Assembly: GCA_030537155.1 (NCBI GenBank)
Contig: JAUNOH010000001.1
Span: 47,574-111,573 of the forward strand
Source of the DNA: Bacillota bacterium
GTDB taxonomy: Bacteria; Bacillota_I; Bacilli_A; RFN20; CAG-826
Reading direction: 5' to 3'
Length of the DNA stretch: 64,000 bases
Positions 39,914 through 49,785 of the stretch are shown here, in pieces. The notes under the pieces were generated by a model. The model saw nothing but the letters and a program-made list of their open reading frames with translations. It did no database searches and was not told the origin of the DNA. Each line of letters starts with the position of its first letter. The first letter of the stretch is position 1. The position numbers and the translations under genes are program-made.

Positions 39914-40258
39914 TTATTCGGCCTCGATTTCCTTGATGTATAGCTCATCGCCTTCCTGAAGGACGGTGTCCTCGCTCTGGCAATATGGGCATATCTTCGC
40001 GTATTTGAGGGTCGGGTAGGTCTTGTGGCAACTATTGCAGATGGTCACGGCCGGCTTGCTCTCGATGATGAGCTTGGAGCCCTTCATCAATTCGCTTTTT
40101 TTGGTAAACCAGTCCCAGGCATCGGTCAGATAATGGGGCACGACCCCGCTGACCTCACCCATCACCACCGTGACGGAGCCGATCTTGCTGAGGGAATTCT
40201 CCTTGGAGAACTCCTCCAGCGTCTCGACGATGTTTTCGACGATGGAGAGCTCGTGCAT
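39914..40258 (-). CDS. hypA: Nickel-insertion metallochaperone HypA
   Basis: MHELSIVENIVETLEEF... (MHE Ni-binding N-terminus) and Zn site CNSCHKT...CPYCQS. Its start lies 1 nt after the stop of the upstream 940-aa gene. Confidence 0.9.
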   Translation of the reverse strand: MHELSIVENIVETLEEFSKENSLSKIGSVTVVMGEVSGVVPHYLTDAWDWFTKKSELMKGSKLIIESKPAVTICNSCHKTYPTLKYAKICPYCQSEDTVLQEGDELYIKEIEAE

Positions 40259-40259
40259 C

Positions 40260-43082
40260 TTATTTGCTGGCGGAGGCTTTGGCTTTGGCCTTGGCTTCCT
40301 TCTTAAGCTGCCTCTTCCTCTTCTTGATGGCGAAGGTGCGCTTGATCAGATAGGGGAAGACCTTCTTCATGGTGTCCTCGCAGGGAACCATGTCGCTGGC
40401 CTCGGGGATGTCGCGGCTTAAGGTGATGGCGTAGAACATGCACTTGGTCGTGCAGATGCCGCAGCCGATGCACTTATTCGGGTCGACGATCGAGGCGCCG
40501 CAGGAAAGGCACCTGGCGGTCTCTTTCTTCACCTGTTCTGGAGTGAGGTTAAGGTGGGCGTCTTTGAAGCTCCTACGGGGGTCAAAACGCGAATCCAGCC
40601 CGGCTTCCTGACGCGGGGTGTGGTCATAGGAGTCGATCTTGATGTCATCCTTGTTGAGGACGATGTAGTCGTTCCTGTTCCTGCCCTCGTCCAAGGTGCA
40701 GCCCGGATGGACGGCCCTGGCCAAGGAGATGGCGGCTTCCTTGCCGGCCGCGATGGCGTCGATGGCGAATTTGGGTCCGGTGTAGACGTCGCCTCCGACG
40801 AAGATGTCCTTCTCGGCGGTCTGATAGGTGAGGGGGTCGGCGGCCGGGGCGCCATTCCTGGCGGTCTCGACTTTGCTGCCCTTCAATAGGTCGCCCCAAA
40901 CGATGGCCTGGCCGATGGCGAAGACGATCTTATCCGCCGAAAGCTCCATGGTCTCGTTCTCGTCATAGACGGGGGAGAACTTCTTGGTTTCGGGATCGAT
41001 GGTCCTGAGGCACTTTTTGAAGACGATGGAGGAGACGTGTCCCTTCCCATCGACTTTGACTTCCTTGGGGCCCCAGCAGTTGACGATTTCGATATCCTCG
41101 TCGAGGGTCTCGGCGATCTCTTCCAGGGAGGCGGGCATCGTCTCCCGGCTCTCAAGGCAGACCATCGAGACCTTGGAGGCGCCTAGCCTCTTGGCCGAAC
41201 GGGCGCAGTCGACGGCGACGTTGCCGCCACCAACGACCACCACTTCGCCTTCCAATTTCTGATCCTGGTGCTCGTAGACGCCTTTGAGGAAGTTGACGGC
41301 GATATCGGTGCCCTCGGCCTCGTCATTGGCCACGCCGGGGCGTTTCCCGCCCTGGCAGCCGATGGCTAAGTAGAAGCCTTCATAGCCCTGTTTACGGAGT
41401 TCGTCGATGGTGATGTCCTTACCGACTTCGACGCCGCATTTGATCTCGACGCCCAATAATTTGATGATCTCGATTTCGGCGTCGATGACGTCTTTCTCGA
41501 GTTTATAGGTCGGGATGCCATAACGGAGCATGCCGCCAGGCTGCTCGTTCTTCTCGAAGATGGTGGGGTGATATCCCTTGAGGGCCAGATAGTAGGCGCA
41601 GCTTAATCCGGCCGGGCCACTTCCGACGATGGCGATCTTCTGGGGAAAGTCGCCGACGGCGCTAGGCACCTCCTTCTCGGGGATGAAGCGGGTCTTCTCA
41701 TTTAGATCCAAATCGGCGACGAACTTCTTGACCGCGTCGATGGAGACGGGGTTATCGATGTTGCCACGGGTGCAGGCCTCCTCGCACTTCTTGTTGCAGA
41801 TACGTCCGCAGATGGCGGGGAGGGGGTTGTTTTTCTTGATGAGCTCGAGGGCTTCCTTATACATCCCTAAGCCCGCCAGCTTCAGATAGCCCTGGACCGC
41901 GATGTGGGCCGGGCAGCTGCTCTTACAGGGGGCGGTGCCGGTGGGATAGCAGTTGATGCGGTTGGTGTCGTTGTAGTTCTCGCTCCACTTCGAACGGTCC
42001 CACTTGGTGTTGAAGGGATCTTCGATGCGGGGATAGGTGACCTCGCTCCCATCGGCTTTGCAAAGCTTCTGGCCGAGTCTCACGGCTCCGGCCGGGCAAT
42101 ACTCGACGCAACGCCCGCAAGCCACGCACTTGCTCTTATCGACGTGGGCGATGAAGGAAGAACGGGAGAGGTTCGGGGTGTTGAATAGCTGGGAGGTCCT
42201 CAAGGCATGGCAAACCTTGGGGTCGCAGTTGCAGATGGCGATGATCTTGTTCTTGCCATCGTTATTGGTGATCTGGTGGACGTAGCCATTCTTCTCGGCC
42301 TGGAGGCAGATCTCGAGGGCCCTCTCTTTGCTGACGTAATGGCCCTTGTCGGTCTCGACGGTGTAATCGGCCATGTCGCCGACGGCGATGCACCAATCAC
42401 CGGCGTCGCGTCCGCCACCCTGTCCCAAAACCTCCTGGCACATGGTGCAGGCGCAGGGGCTGGCGGCGATGTGGCCCTCATATTTATCGAGCCAGTAGGA
42501 GATGTGCTCGATGTCGATGGTGGAATTGACCTTCTCGATGGCCTTCTCGACGGGGATGACGTGCATGCCGATGCCGGCGCCTCCCGGCGGGATCATCGGG
42601 GTTAAGCCGTTGAGGGGGTCGAAGCACATCCTCTCGAAGAAACGGGCGACCTCGGGGTTCTTCTCGATGGTCGAGCGGTGCATGTTGGTGAATTCGGCGC
42701 TGCCCATGACGAAGCGGGGCAAGACGTATAGCCTGGTCCGGCTGCCGTCTGGGTTATTGCGGTAATGCCATTCGATGGTGCCGATATAGCCCATGTGGAA
42801 AAGGGTGTCCTCGAGCTCTTTTTGGCTGAGCTTGAGTTTCTTCGTCTTCTTCATCATCTGCTCGATGGTGTATTCCTCGCGGACTTCCATCGTCAGGGCG
42901 ATTTTGGCCTCGAGGTCGGTGGTGACCGCGGCTAGGCCATAGTATTCGGGGTCGTTGTAGTTGATCTTCCTGAATTTGCGGTCGGTGATCTTCTGACCCA
43001 TCTTCAGAATCAGGGGACGTTTGGGGGCGTTCTCATAGTCATAGCCTTCGGCTTTGACGTTCACCACATCCTTAAAGCGCAT
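40260..43082 (-). CDS. Multidomain Fe-S flavoprotein: Cys-rich N-domain + 4Fe-4S + GltD-like FAD/NAD(P)H oxidoreductase + C-terminal 2x[4Fe-4S] ferredoxin
   Basis: 940 aa. CVACGRCVEYCPAG; GltD-type N-terminal cluster region CKSSCPAHIAVQGY...ICGRICNKKCEEACTRG; dinucleotide folds IAIVGSGPAGLSCAYYL and VVVVGGGNVAVDCARSA; C-terminal CLSCGAS...CIGCGICTTKC; Lys/Ala-rich tail. N-terminal ~330 aa contain SPCACTMC...CIAVG...ICNCDPKVCHALR. The architecture recalls YgfK-like proteins (recollection only). Confidence 0.75.
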   Translation of the reverse strand: MRFKDVVNVKAEGYDYENAPKRPLILKMGQKITDRKFRKINYNDPEYYGLAAVTTDLEAKIALTMEVREEYTIEQMMKKTKKLKLSQKELEDTLFHMGYIGTIEWHYRNNPDGSRTRLYVLPRFVMGSAEFTNMHRSTIEKNPEVARFFERMCFDPLNGLTPMIPPGGAGIGMHVIPVEKAIEKVNSTIDIEHISYWLDKYEGHIAASPCACTMCQEVLGQGGGRDAGDWCIAVGDMADYTVETDKGHYVSKERALEICLQAEKNGYVHQITNNDGKNKIIAICNCDPKVCHALRTSQLFNTPNLSRSSFIAHVDKSKCVACGRCVEYCPAGAVRLGQKLCKADGSEVTYPRIEDPFNTKWDRSKWSENYNDTNRINCYPTGTAPCKSSCPAHIAVQGYLKLAGLGMYKEALELIKKNNPLPAICGRICNKKCEEACTRGNIDNPVSIDAVKKFVADLDLNEKTRFIPEKEVPSAVGDFPQKIAIVGSGPAGLSCAYYLALKGYHPTIFEKNEQPGGMLRYGIPTYKLEKDVIDAEIEIIKLLGVEIKCGVEVGKDITIDELRKQGYEGFYLAIGCQGGKRPGVANDEAEGTDIAVNFLKGVYEHQDQKLEGEVVVVGGGNVAVDCARSAKRLGASKVSMVCLESRETMPASLEEIAETLDEDIEIVNCWGPKEVKVDGKGHVSSIVFKKCLRTIDPETKKFSPVYDENETMELSADKIVFAIGQAIVWGDLLKGSKVETARNGAPAADPLTYQTAEKDIFVGGDVYTGPKFAIDAIAAGKEAAISLARAVHPGCTLDEGRNRNDYIVLNKDDIKIDSYDHTPRQEAGLDSRFDPRRSFKDAHLNLTPEQVKKETARCLSCGASIVDPNKCIGCGICTTKCMFYAITLSRDIPEASDMVPCEDTMKKVFPYLIKRTFAIKKRKRQLKKEAKAKAKASASK

Positions 43083-43170
43083 AAATAAAACCTCCTCAGG
43101 TTTTCCACTAAGGAGATTTTACAATTTATTGGGTTTTTGATGTACTACAAATGCTGGACACTATGTCGCG

Positions 43171-43722
43171 TTAGTAGATGATGCTGCTCACATTGTCGAA
43201 TAAGGGCAATAGGAAGCTCATCAATTTCTCGGGGTGGACCCTCTCCTTCTCGATGTGATTCGAAATGGCGTAGGTGAATAAGACTATCAACGACTCCACG
43301 AGGATCTCGGTCTTCAGATCGTCGTAGGGGGCATTCTTCGGGTAATGCGGCCTCATGGCCTCGAGCCAGTTCTGCCTGAACTCGGAATAGGGGCGTAACA
43401 CCAAGAAGGCCTCCAGCATGTCGTAATGGGCGTATAGGTAGTCCTTCGTGGCCTCAATCATGCCGAGGAACTTGACGCGGTCGACCCTGAGGTATTCCCG
43501 AATCTTCCTGGCATCGTAGACTTTTTCGAGCCCCAGGATAAACTCTTCCCCTATCTCCTGAAGCACGGCGCGGATCGAATCATAGTGATAGTAGAAGGAG
43601 GTGCGAGGGATAGATAATGCGGCACACACATCTTTGATGGTGATATCCTCGACCGGCTTCTGCTTGTATTGGTTCAATACTTCCTCTCTGATCTTCCGCG
43701 TTGTCCGGGTTTGCTTTTTCAT
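43171..43722 (-). CDS. TetR/AcrR family transcriptional regulator
   Basis: N-terminal HTH ITIKDVCAALSIPRTSFYYHYDSIRAVL; same orientation as, and upstream of, the Fe-S flavoprotein-hypA unit. Confidence 0.85.
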   Translation of the reverse strand: MKKQTRTTRKIREEVLNQYKQKPVEDITIKDVCAALSIPRTSFYYHYDSIRAVLQEIGEEFILGLEKVYDARKIREYLRVDRVKFLGMIEATKDYLYAHYDMLEAFLVLRPYSEFRQNWLEAMRPHYPKNAPYDDLKTEILVESLIVLFTYAISNHIEKERVHPEKLMSFLLPLFDNVSSIIY

Positions 43723-43841
43723 GAACTGAAAACTATCACAAAATCAAAAAAATGAAAACCGAACGGGACGAAATTAGTCTTATTAGGGGAAATATCAAAC
43801 ATTTTTTCGCCACTTGTTCAATTACGAACAGCCATTTTGGC

Positions 43842-43870
43842 AAAGAGAAAAGCTCCCCATAAGGGGAGCT
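43842..43870 (-). terminator. Rho-independent terminator ending the alpha operon (after rplQ)
   Basis: Minus strand: AGCTCCCC-TTAT-GGGGAGCT followed by TTTCTCTTT. Confidence 0.85.
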
Positions 43871-43881
43871 GATCATCCGTA

Positions 43882-44280
43882 TTAGTCGACCCAGCTGACT
43901 AAGACCACTTCGGCGTCGTCGCCTTTGCGGTTGCCGAGCTTGATGGCGCGGGTATAGCCGCCATTCCTCGACTTGAACTTGGGGCCGATCTCGTCGAATA
44001 GCTTCTGGAGAGCGGTCTGCCCTTCCTTGGCATCGACGTCGCGAAGCAATCTCGCGGCCTGACGGCGGGCGGAGAGGTCGCCGCGCTTGGCTAAGGTGAC
44101 GAGCTTGGCGGCGTTCTTGGTGAGGGTCTTCACCACGCCGGAAGTGACCTTGACCTGATCGTGGACCACCAATTCGGTGACCACGTTGCGCTGCATGGAC
44201 TTCTCTTTGGAGGCGGTATAAGCCGCCTTGAAGCGGACGCCGGTTTTGCCGTGAACGTTCTTTCTTCCTTGTGCTGCCAT
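43882..44280 (-). CDS. rplQ: 50S ribosomal protein L17
   Basis: 132 aa; contains RNVVTELVVHDQVKVTSGVVKTL...GGYTRAIKLGNRKGD; follows rpoA. Confidence 0.95.
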   Translation of the reverse strand: MAAQGRKNVHGKTGVRFKAAYTASKEKSMQRNVVTELVVHDQVKVTSGVVKTLTKNAAKLVTLAKRGDLSARRQAARLLRDVDAKEGQTALQKLFDEIGPKFKSRNGGYTRAIKLGNRKGDDAEVVLVSWVD

Positions 44281-44283
44281 TGT

Positions 44284-45288
44284 TTATTCTCCTACGTAAT
44301 CGCGGAAGTGGAGGCCGATAGCGAGCAGCTTCTCCTTGACTTCCTTTAACGACTTCTTGCCGAGGTTACGCACCTTCATCATCTCGTCCTCGCTCCTCTG
44401 AGTGAGTTCCATGACGGTGGAGATGCCGGCCCTCTTCAAGCAGTTGTTGCTGCGGACCGATAGATCCAATTCCTCGATCAGCATGCCCTGGTACTTGTTC
44501 TCCTCGGGCTTGACCTCGTCCTTGACCAGTTTGTAGCTGGTGACGACTTGGTCGAGCTTGGTGAACTCGCTGAAGTGGGACACCAATAACTGGGCGGCCA
44601 TGGCCACGGCTTCGTGGGGCTTGGTGGCGCCGTTGGTGGTGACTTCGAGGGTGAGCTGGTCATAGCTCGAGTCGTGGCCGACGCGGGTCGGCTCGACCGA
44701 ATAGGCCACTTTGACGACGGGGCTGTAGTTGCTGTCGGTGGCGATGATCTCGGTGGTCTTAATGTTCCTTAAGGCCTTGTTCTGCTCCGAGGTGAGATAG
44801 CCGCGGCCGGTGCCGACGAAGATCGTCATGGCGATCTGGCCCTCTTTGTTGAGGTGGGCGATCTCGAGGTCCTTGTTGACCACTTCCACGCCGGCGGGGA
44901 GCTCTAAGTCCCCGGCGGTCAGGGTGGCGGGACCCTTGATGTTGACTTCGATCCTCTTGGGCTCGCCGAAGTTATCGGTGACCTTGAGGACCAAATCCTT
45001 CAGATTTAAGACGATGGCGGTCACGTCTTCCTCAACTCCGGGGATGGAGCTGAATTCATGGCGGACGCCTTCGATGCGGACGGCGTAAACGCTGGCTCCG
45101 GGGAGGGCGCTCAATAGAACGCGGCGGAGGGCGTTGCCCAAGGTGAGGCCAAAGCCCCTCTCAAGCGGCTTAACGACGATTTTGGCGTAGTGTTCGCTCT
45201 CATCGTTGACGGCGATGTCCATATCGATGGGCTCGAAGGGATCGGGGAGTCGGAGTTCGTCGACTTTGTTATTAGTTGCCATTTGCAA
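44284..45288 (-). CDS. rpoA: DNA-directed RNA polymerase subunit alpha
   Basis: KPLERGFGLTLGNALRRVLLSALPG and a C-terminal domain ELDLSVRSNNCLKRAGI. The ORF-track start is a TTG at 45288 (6 nt after AGGAGGA); an ATG at 45282 is an alternative. Confidence 0.96.
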   Translation of the reverse strand: MQMATNNKVDELRLPDPFEPIDMDIAVNDESEHYAKIVVKPLERGFGLTLGNALRRVLLSALPGASVYAVRIEGVRHEFSSIPGVEEDVTAIVLNLKDLVLKVTDNFGEPKRIEVNIKGPATLTAGDLELPAGVEVVNKDLEIAHLNKEGQIAMTIFVGTGRGYLTSEQNKALRNIKTTEIIATDSNYSPVVKVAYSVEPTRVGHDSSYDQLTLEVTTNGATKPHEAVAMAAQLLVSHFSEFTKLDQVVTSYKLVKDEVKPEENKYQGMLIEELDLSVRSNNCLKRAGISTVMELTQRSEDEMMKVRNLGKKSLKEVKEKLLAIGLHFRDYVGE

Positions 45289-45338
45289 TAGATTCCTCCT
45301 GTATGGTTTTCCTAATGTGTAGCGATTGGTTCAGGCGA

Positions 45339-45740
45339 TTAGCCGCGCGGCCTCTTGGGAGGACGGCAACCATTATGGGGAACCGGGGTGGTGTCTTCGA
45401 TGGAGAGAACCTGAAGACCGACGGTGGAGAGGGCGCGGACGGCGCTTTCGCGGCCCGGGCCGGGGCCCTTGACCTCGACGTCGACCTGGCGGAGGCCCTG
45501 ATCGAAGGCGCTCTTGCCAGCGGCCTGAGCGGCTAGCTCAGCGGCGAAGGGGGTCGATTTCTTGGCGCCCTTGTAGCCTAAGCCGCCAGCCGACTGCCAG
45601 GCGATGACGTTGCCCTGGACGTCGGTGATGGTGACGATGGTGTTGTTGAAGGTGGCCTGGATATGGGCCACGCCTTTGGTATAGGAGCGCTTGACCTTCT
45701 TCTTGCGGGCGGTCTGGCTCTTGGATTTAGTAGCTGCCAT
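45339..45740 (-). CDS. rpsK: 30S ribosomal protein S11
   Basis: [30 protein letters not shown]... is canonical S11. Confidence 0.97.
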   Translation of the reverse strand: MAATKSKSQTARKKKVKRSYTKGVAHIQATFNNTIVTITDVQGNVIAWQSAGGLGYKGAKKSTPFAAELAAQAAGKSAFDQGLRQVDVEVKGPGPGRESAVRALSTVGLQVLSIEDTTPVPHNGCRPPKRPRG

Positions 45741-45754
45741 TGTTTTGCCTCCTA

Positions 45755-46129
45755 TTACCTAGTCGCCTCTTTCTTGTTGGCGATGGTCTTTCTCTTGCCT
45801 TTGCGGGTACGGGCATTGGTCTTGGTCCTCTGGCCACGGACGGGGAGACCCCTCTTGTGGCGGAGGCCGCGATAGCAGCCGATTTCCTGAAGGCGCTTGA
45901 TGTTGAGGGCCACCTCACGGCGGAGGTCGCCTTCGATGCGATACTTGTTGACCTCGGCGCGGAGGGCATTCAACTGCTCATCGGTGAGGTTTTTGACGCG
46001 GATATCGACGTTGACGTTGGCGTCCGCGCAGATCTTCTTGGCCGTGGAATCGCCGATACCATAGATGTAGGTAAGGGAGATCACGACGCGTTTTTCATTG
46101 GGGATGTCCACCCCAGCAATACGTGCCAT
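45755..46129 (-). CDS. rpsM: 30S ribosomal protein S13
   Basis: [26 protein letters not shown]. Confidence 0.97.
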   Translation of the reverse strand: MARIAGVDIPNEKRVVISLTYIYGIGDSTAKKICADANVNVDIRVKNLTDEQLNALRAEVNKYRIEGDLRREVALNIKRLQEIGCYRGLRHKRGLPVRGQRTKTNARTRKGKRKTIANKKEATR

Positions 46130-46155
46130 ATTTACTTAATGTCCTTTCTTAGCTC

Positions 46156-46269
46156 TTAGCCCTGACGCTGCTTGTGCTTGGGGTTGGAGCAGATGACCAT
46201 GACTTTGCCATGGCGCCTGATGACTTTGCATTTATCGCAAATCGGCTTGACTGACGGTCTTACTTTCAT
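46156..46269 (-). CDS. rpmJ: 50S ribosomal protein L36 (37 aa, Zn form)
   Basis: Not in the ORF track. My translation is [37 protein letters not shown]; it lies between infA and rpsM. Confidence 0.93.
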   Translation of the reverse strand: MKVRPSVKPICDKCKVIRRHGKVMVICSNPKHKQRQG

Positions 46270-46282
46270 TTTTGACGCTCCT

Positions 46283-46504
46283 TTAATTCTTGTAACGGAA
46301 TGTAATGCGCCCGCGTGTTAAATCATAAGGTGAGAATTGGACCGTGACCCGATCACCGGGGAGAATGCGGATGTAATGCATCCGGATTTTGCCCGAAACG
46401 CAGGCTAAGACCACGGCTCCGTTGGCGAGTTTCACCTTGAACATGGTGTTGGGAAGGCATTCCAGCACCGTCGCCTCGACTTCAATGCAATCTTCTTTGC
46501 TCAA
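46283..46504 (-). CDS. infA: Translation initiation factor IF-1
   Basis: [72 protein letters not shown]. The start codon reads TTG, 6 nt after GGAGGA. Confidence 0.95.
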   Translation of the reverse strand: MSKEDCIEVEATVLECLPNTMFKVKLANGAVVLACVSGKIRMHYIRILPGDRVTVQFSPYDLTRGRITFRYKN

Positions 46505-46519
46505 ATTGTTTCCTCCATC

Positions 46520-47305
46520 TCAATCATTGCTCAATCCGCTTAAGGAAGCGGGATCGCCATCATAGGTGAGAATCTCGTACCCGTCTTTGGTGACGAGGAC
46601 GGTGTTCTCGTAATGGCTGGTGAGTTTACCATCTTTCGATAGGACGCTCCAGCCGTCGTTGAGGGTCCGGACGTCGGCTTTCCCCTCGAGGAGCATCGGC
46701 TCGAAGCAGAGGGTCATACCTTCCCTTAGTATGGGGCCCGTGCCGGGTTTCCCATAATTGGGGATATATGGATCCTCGTGCATCTCGCTTCCGATGCCGT
46801 GTCCGGTGTAGTCGCGGGGGACGTTGTAGCCTAGGCTATGGGCCGTCTCCCCGATCTTGGCCTCGATATCCCCCAGGTGGACGCCCTCTTTGACGAGGGA
46901 GACCCCTTCCCAGAAGCATTTCTCGCTGGCCTTGATGATGGCGAGCTGGCGTTCCCCGACGATCCCGACCGGATAAGTCCGGCAGGCATCGGCCATGTAT
47001 CCGTCCTTTTTGACGACTAAGTCGATCGAGACTATGTCGCCATCCCGGAGGATCTTCTTGGCGGAGGGGATGCCATGGAGAATCACCTCATTCACCGAGA
47101 TGCAGGCATCCGCCGGGTAGCCATAATAGCCTTTTTCCGCGGATTCCCCGCCATTCTCGGCGAAGATTCTGGCGATCTCGTCGTTTAACTCCTTGGTGGA
47201 GACGCCGGGCTTAACCGCTTCCTTCATAGCTTTGAAGGTGACGGCCAATATGCGTCCGGCCTCTTTCATCAAGGCGATTTCCCTTGGTGATTTGATGATG
47301 ATCAT
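46520..47305 (-). CDS. map: Type I methionine aminopeptidase
   Basis: 261 aa; pita-bread metal ligands are evident (ISVNEVILHGIP, DGDIVSIDL, DACRTY, GHGIG, EPML); ATGA overlap with adk. Confidence 0.93.
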   Translation of the reverse strand: MIIIKSPREIALMKEAGRILAVTFKAMKEAVKPGVSTKELNDEIARIFAENGGESAEKGYYGYPADACISVNEVILHGIPSAKKILRDGDIVSIDLVVKKDGYMADACRTYPVGIVGERQLAIIKASEKCFWEGVSLVKEGVHLGDIEAKIGETAHSLGYNVPRDYTGHGIGSEMHEDPYIPNYGKPGTGPILREGMTLCFEPMLLEGKADVRTLNDGWSVLSKDGKLTSHYENTVLVTKDGYEILTYDGDPASLSGLSND

Positions 47306-47955
47306 CGATGGGCCTTCAATAGATCAGCAACCTGATCGTGAAGAAGCTTGGGGTTGGTCGTTCCATCGAAACTGTGGAGCAAGCCAGATCCCTGATAGTA
47401 ATCGAGGAGGGGCTGGGTCTGCTTGTAGTAGTTATCCAGCCTCACCTTGAAGCTATCGGCATTGTCGTCTTTCCTCTGAATGAGGTCGCCACCGCAGCGG
47501 TCGCAGACCCCCTCCACTTTCGGTTTCATGTTGACGATGTGGTAGGAGGCCCCGCACTTGGGGCAGACCCGGCGCCCCGCGATCCTGGAGACCAGGACAT
47601 CGGAGGGGCAGTCGAAGTTGACGACTAGGTTTACCGCGCGGTCGATCTCGGGGCCGATTTTGGCTAACGCCTCGGCCTGTGGGATCGTGCGCGGGAATCC
47701 ATCTAATAAGTATCCGTTGGCGCAGTCGGGGCGGGAGAGCCTCTCCTTGACCAACTCGATGGTGAGGTCATCGGGGACCAGACCACCGCTTTCGACGATG
47801 GCTTTGGCCTTAAGACCGAGCTCGGTCTTGTTGGCCATGGCCTCGCGGAACATATCGCCGGTGGAGATGTGGGGAATGCCGAACTCGTCGGCAATGGTGA
47901 CGGCCTGGGTGCCTTTTCCGGCGCCCGGGGGGCCCATGAGGATGATGTTGAGCAT
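47302..47955 (-). CDS. adk: Adenylate kinase
   Basis: MLNIILMGPPGAGKGTQA and a Zn lid CPKCGASYH...CDRCGG. Confidence 0.96.
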   Translation of the reverse strand: MLNIILMGPPGAGKGTQAVTIADEFGIPHISTGDMFREAMANKTELGLKAKAIVESGGLVPDDLTIELVKERLSRPDCANGYLLDGFPRTIPQAEALAKIGPEIDRAVNLVVNFDCPSDVLVSRIAGRRVCPKCGASYHIVNMKPKVEGVCDRCGGDLIQRKDDNADSFKVRLDNYYKQTQPLLDYYQGSGLLHSFDGTTNPKLLHDQVADLLKAHR

Positions 47956-47958
47956 GTT

Positions 47959-49326
47959 TTATTCTCCTCCCATCTGAACCTGATCGAAGCTTTTGCCAGC
48001 GAGCAGGCCATCGATTTGCGAATTCATTTCCATGGCGACGCCGACGATGATGATCATGCTGGTTCCGCCCATGGCGAGGCTGGTGTCGTTTCCGAAGACC
48101 CCTGATAGGACCAGAATCGGCGGCAGCGAGGCGATGATGGCCAGGGCCAGGGCGCCGATGCAGGTGATGCGGTTAAGCACCTTCGACACGTAGCGCTCGG
48201 TCTCCTTGCCCGGACGGATGCCCGGGATGTACGAGCCGTTTTTCTGGAAGTTTTCCGCTAGCTGCTCTGGCGAGATTTGCATCTGCGCATAGAAGAAGCA
48301 GAACACTATTATCAGGAAGATGTAGATCAATAACCCCCATGGCATTTCCCACGTCTCGTCATTGAACCACGGCATCTCATACATCGACGAATAATCGAAG
48401 ATGGTGAGCCAGCCGGCCGAGGCGGCCTCGGTTGAGATAAACGAGGCGATGACGGTCGGGGCCGAGAGGATGGCCGAGGCGAAGATGACGGGCATGACGC
48501 CTGAGGAGTTGACCTTCAGGGGCAGGAAGCTAGCCCGCGACATAGCCGCGGTCTGGCCAGATTTGCCAGCATGCTGGACGGGTATTTTCCTTCGGGCCAT
48601 CTCGATGAAGACGACGAAGGAGATGATGAGCAGGTAAACCAGTATGTAGAGCGCGAACTGGAAGGAGCCTTGTATGATGTCGCTCGAACCGTGACTGAGG
48701 TTCTGGCTGATGTACTTAGACCAGGCGCTGGTGATCTGGGTGGGGAGGCTGCGCACGCAGCCGGCGAAGATGACGACCGAGATACCGTTGCCGATACCCT
48801 TTTCGGTGATCTGATCGCCCAGCCACATGACCAGCATCGCACCAGCCAGCATGACGGTGACTAAGTAGGCGTATTTCCAGAAGCCCGTCGGGGCCCCGGA
48901 GCCGAACTCGATGTAATTGCTATTCTCCATCGTCTGGATGATGCCGTAGGCCTGAACCGCTCCTAATAGGAGGGTCAGATACCTGGTGGCCATCTCCTGC
49001 TTCTTGCGGCCGTATTCGCCTTGCTTTGATAGCTCGGTGAGGGCCGGAAGCACGTCTTTGGAGAGAAGCTGAATGATGATCTGGGCCGTGATATAGGGCG
49101 AGACGCCTAAGGCGAAGACGGAGAAGTTAGACAAGGCTCCGCCGCCCAGTAAGTCCATCAGGGCGATCGCGCTGGCCCCGTTGAGGGCCTGCTCGAGTTC
49201 GCCCGTGGTGGTGACCCAAGGCACGGTGATCGCGTCCCCAATCCTGATGATGAAGAGGATCATGACCGTGAAGAAAATGCGGTTCACGATCTCTTTATTC
49301 TTGAATATGGAGACGATTTTTTTCAT
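47959..49326 (-). CDS. secY: Preprotein translocase subunit SecY
   Basis: 455 aa; 10-TM pattern; contains ALGVSPYITAQIIIQLL; spc operon position. Confidence 0.96.
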   Translation of the reverse strand: MKKIVSIFKNKEIVNRIFFTVMILFIIRIGDAITVPWVTTTGELEQALNGASAIALMDLLGGGALSNFSVFALGVSPYITAQIIIQLLSKDVLPALTELSKQGEYGRKKQEMATRYLTLLLGAVQAYGIIQTMENSNYIEFGSGAPTGFWKYAYLVTVMLAGAMLVMWLGDQITEKGIGNGISVVIFAGCVRSLPTQITSAWSKYISQNLSHGSSDIIQGSFQFALYILVYLLIISFVVFIEMARRKIPVQHAGKSGQTAAMSRASFLPLKVNSSGVMPVIFASAILSAPTVIASFISTEAASAGWLTIFDYSSMYEMPWFNDETWEMPWGLLIYIFLIIVFCFFYAQMQISPEQLAENFQKNGSYIPGIRPGKETERYVSKVLNRITCIGALALAIIASLPPILVLSGVFGNDTSLAMGGTSMIIIVGVAMEMNSQIDGLLAGKSFDQVQMGGE

Positions 49327-49327
49327 A

Positions 49328-49783
49328 TTAGGCGATTACCTCAGCGACGCCGCCCTTGGCTTCAATGGCGGCCTTGGCCGATTTGGAGAAGGCGTCGGCT
49401 TTGACGGTCAGCTTTTTGTTCAAGCTGCCCTTGCCGAGGATTTTAATACCGGAGAGATCTTTTTTCACCAATCCGGCGGCAACTAGCACGGTAGCATCCA
49501 CAACCGCACCGTCATCGAAGCGGTTGAGCTGCTCCAGGTTGACGATGGCATAGACGATCTTCTCGCCTTTGTGGGTCTTGCGGGAACCGAACTTGGGAAG
49601 ACGCCTGTATAAGGGGGTCTGTCCACCTTCGAAGCCGTTTTTCTTGGTGTGGCCGTGGGCGCCCTGGCCCTTCTGGCCCTTGCCGGCGGTCTTGCCGTTT
49701 CCGGTGCCGCGGCCGCGGCCCTTGATGAAGCCTTTGGTCTTGGCGCCTTCGACGTTAGAGAGGGTAGATAATGATGTAGCCAT
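49328..49783 (-). CDS. rplO: 50S ribosomal protein L15
   Basis: [19 protein letters not shown]; follows rpsE directly. Confidence 0.95.
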   Translation of the reverse strand: MATSLSTLSNVEGAKTKGFIKGRGRGTGNGKTAGKGQKGQGAHGHTKKNGFEGGQTPLYRRLPKFGSRKTHKGEKIVYAIVNLEQLNRFDDGAVVDATVLVAAGLVKKDLSGIKILGKGSLNKKLTVKADAFSKSAKAAIEAKGGVAEVIA

Positions 49784-49785
49784 TA

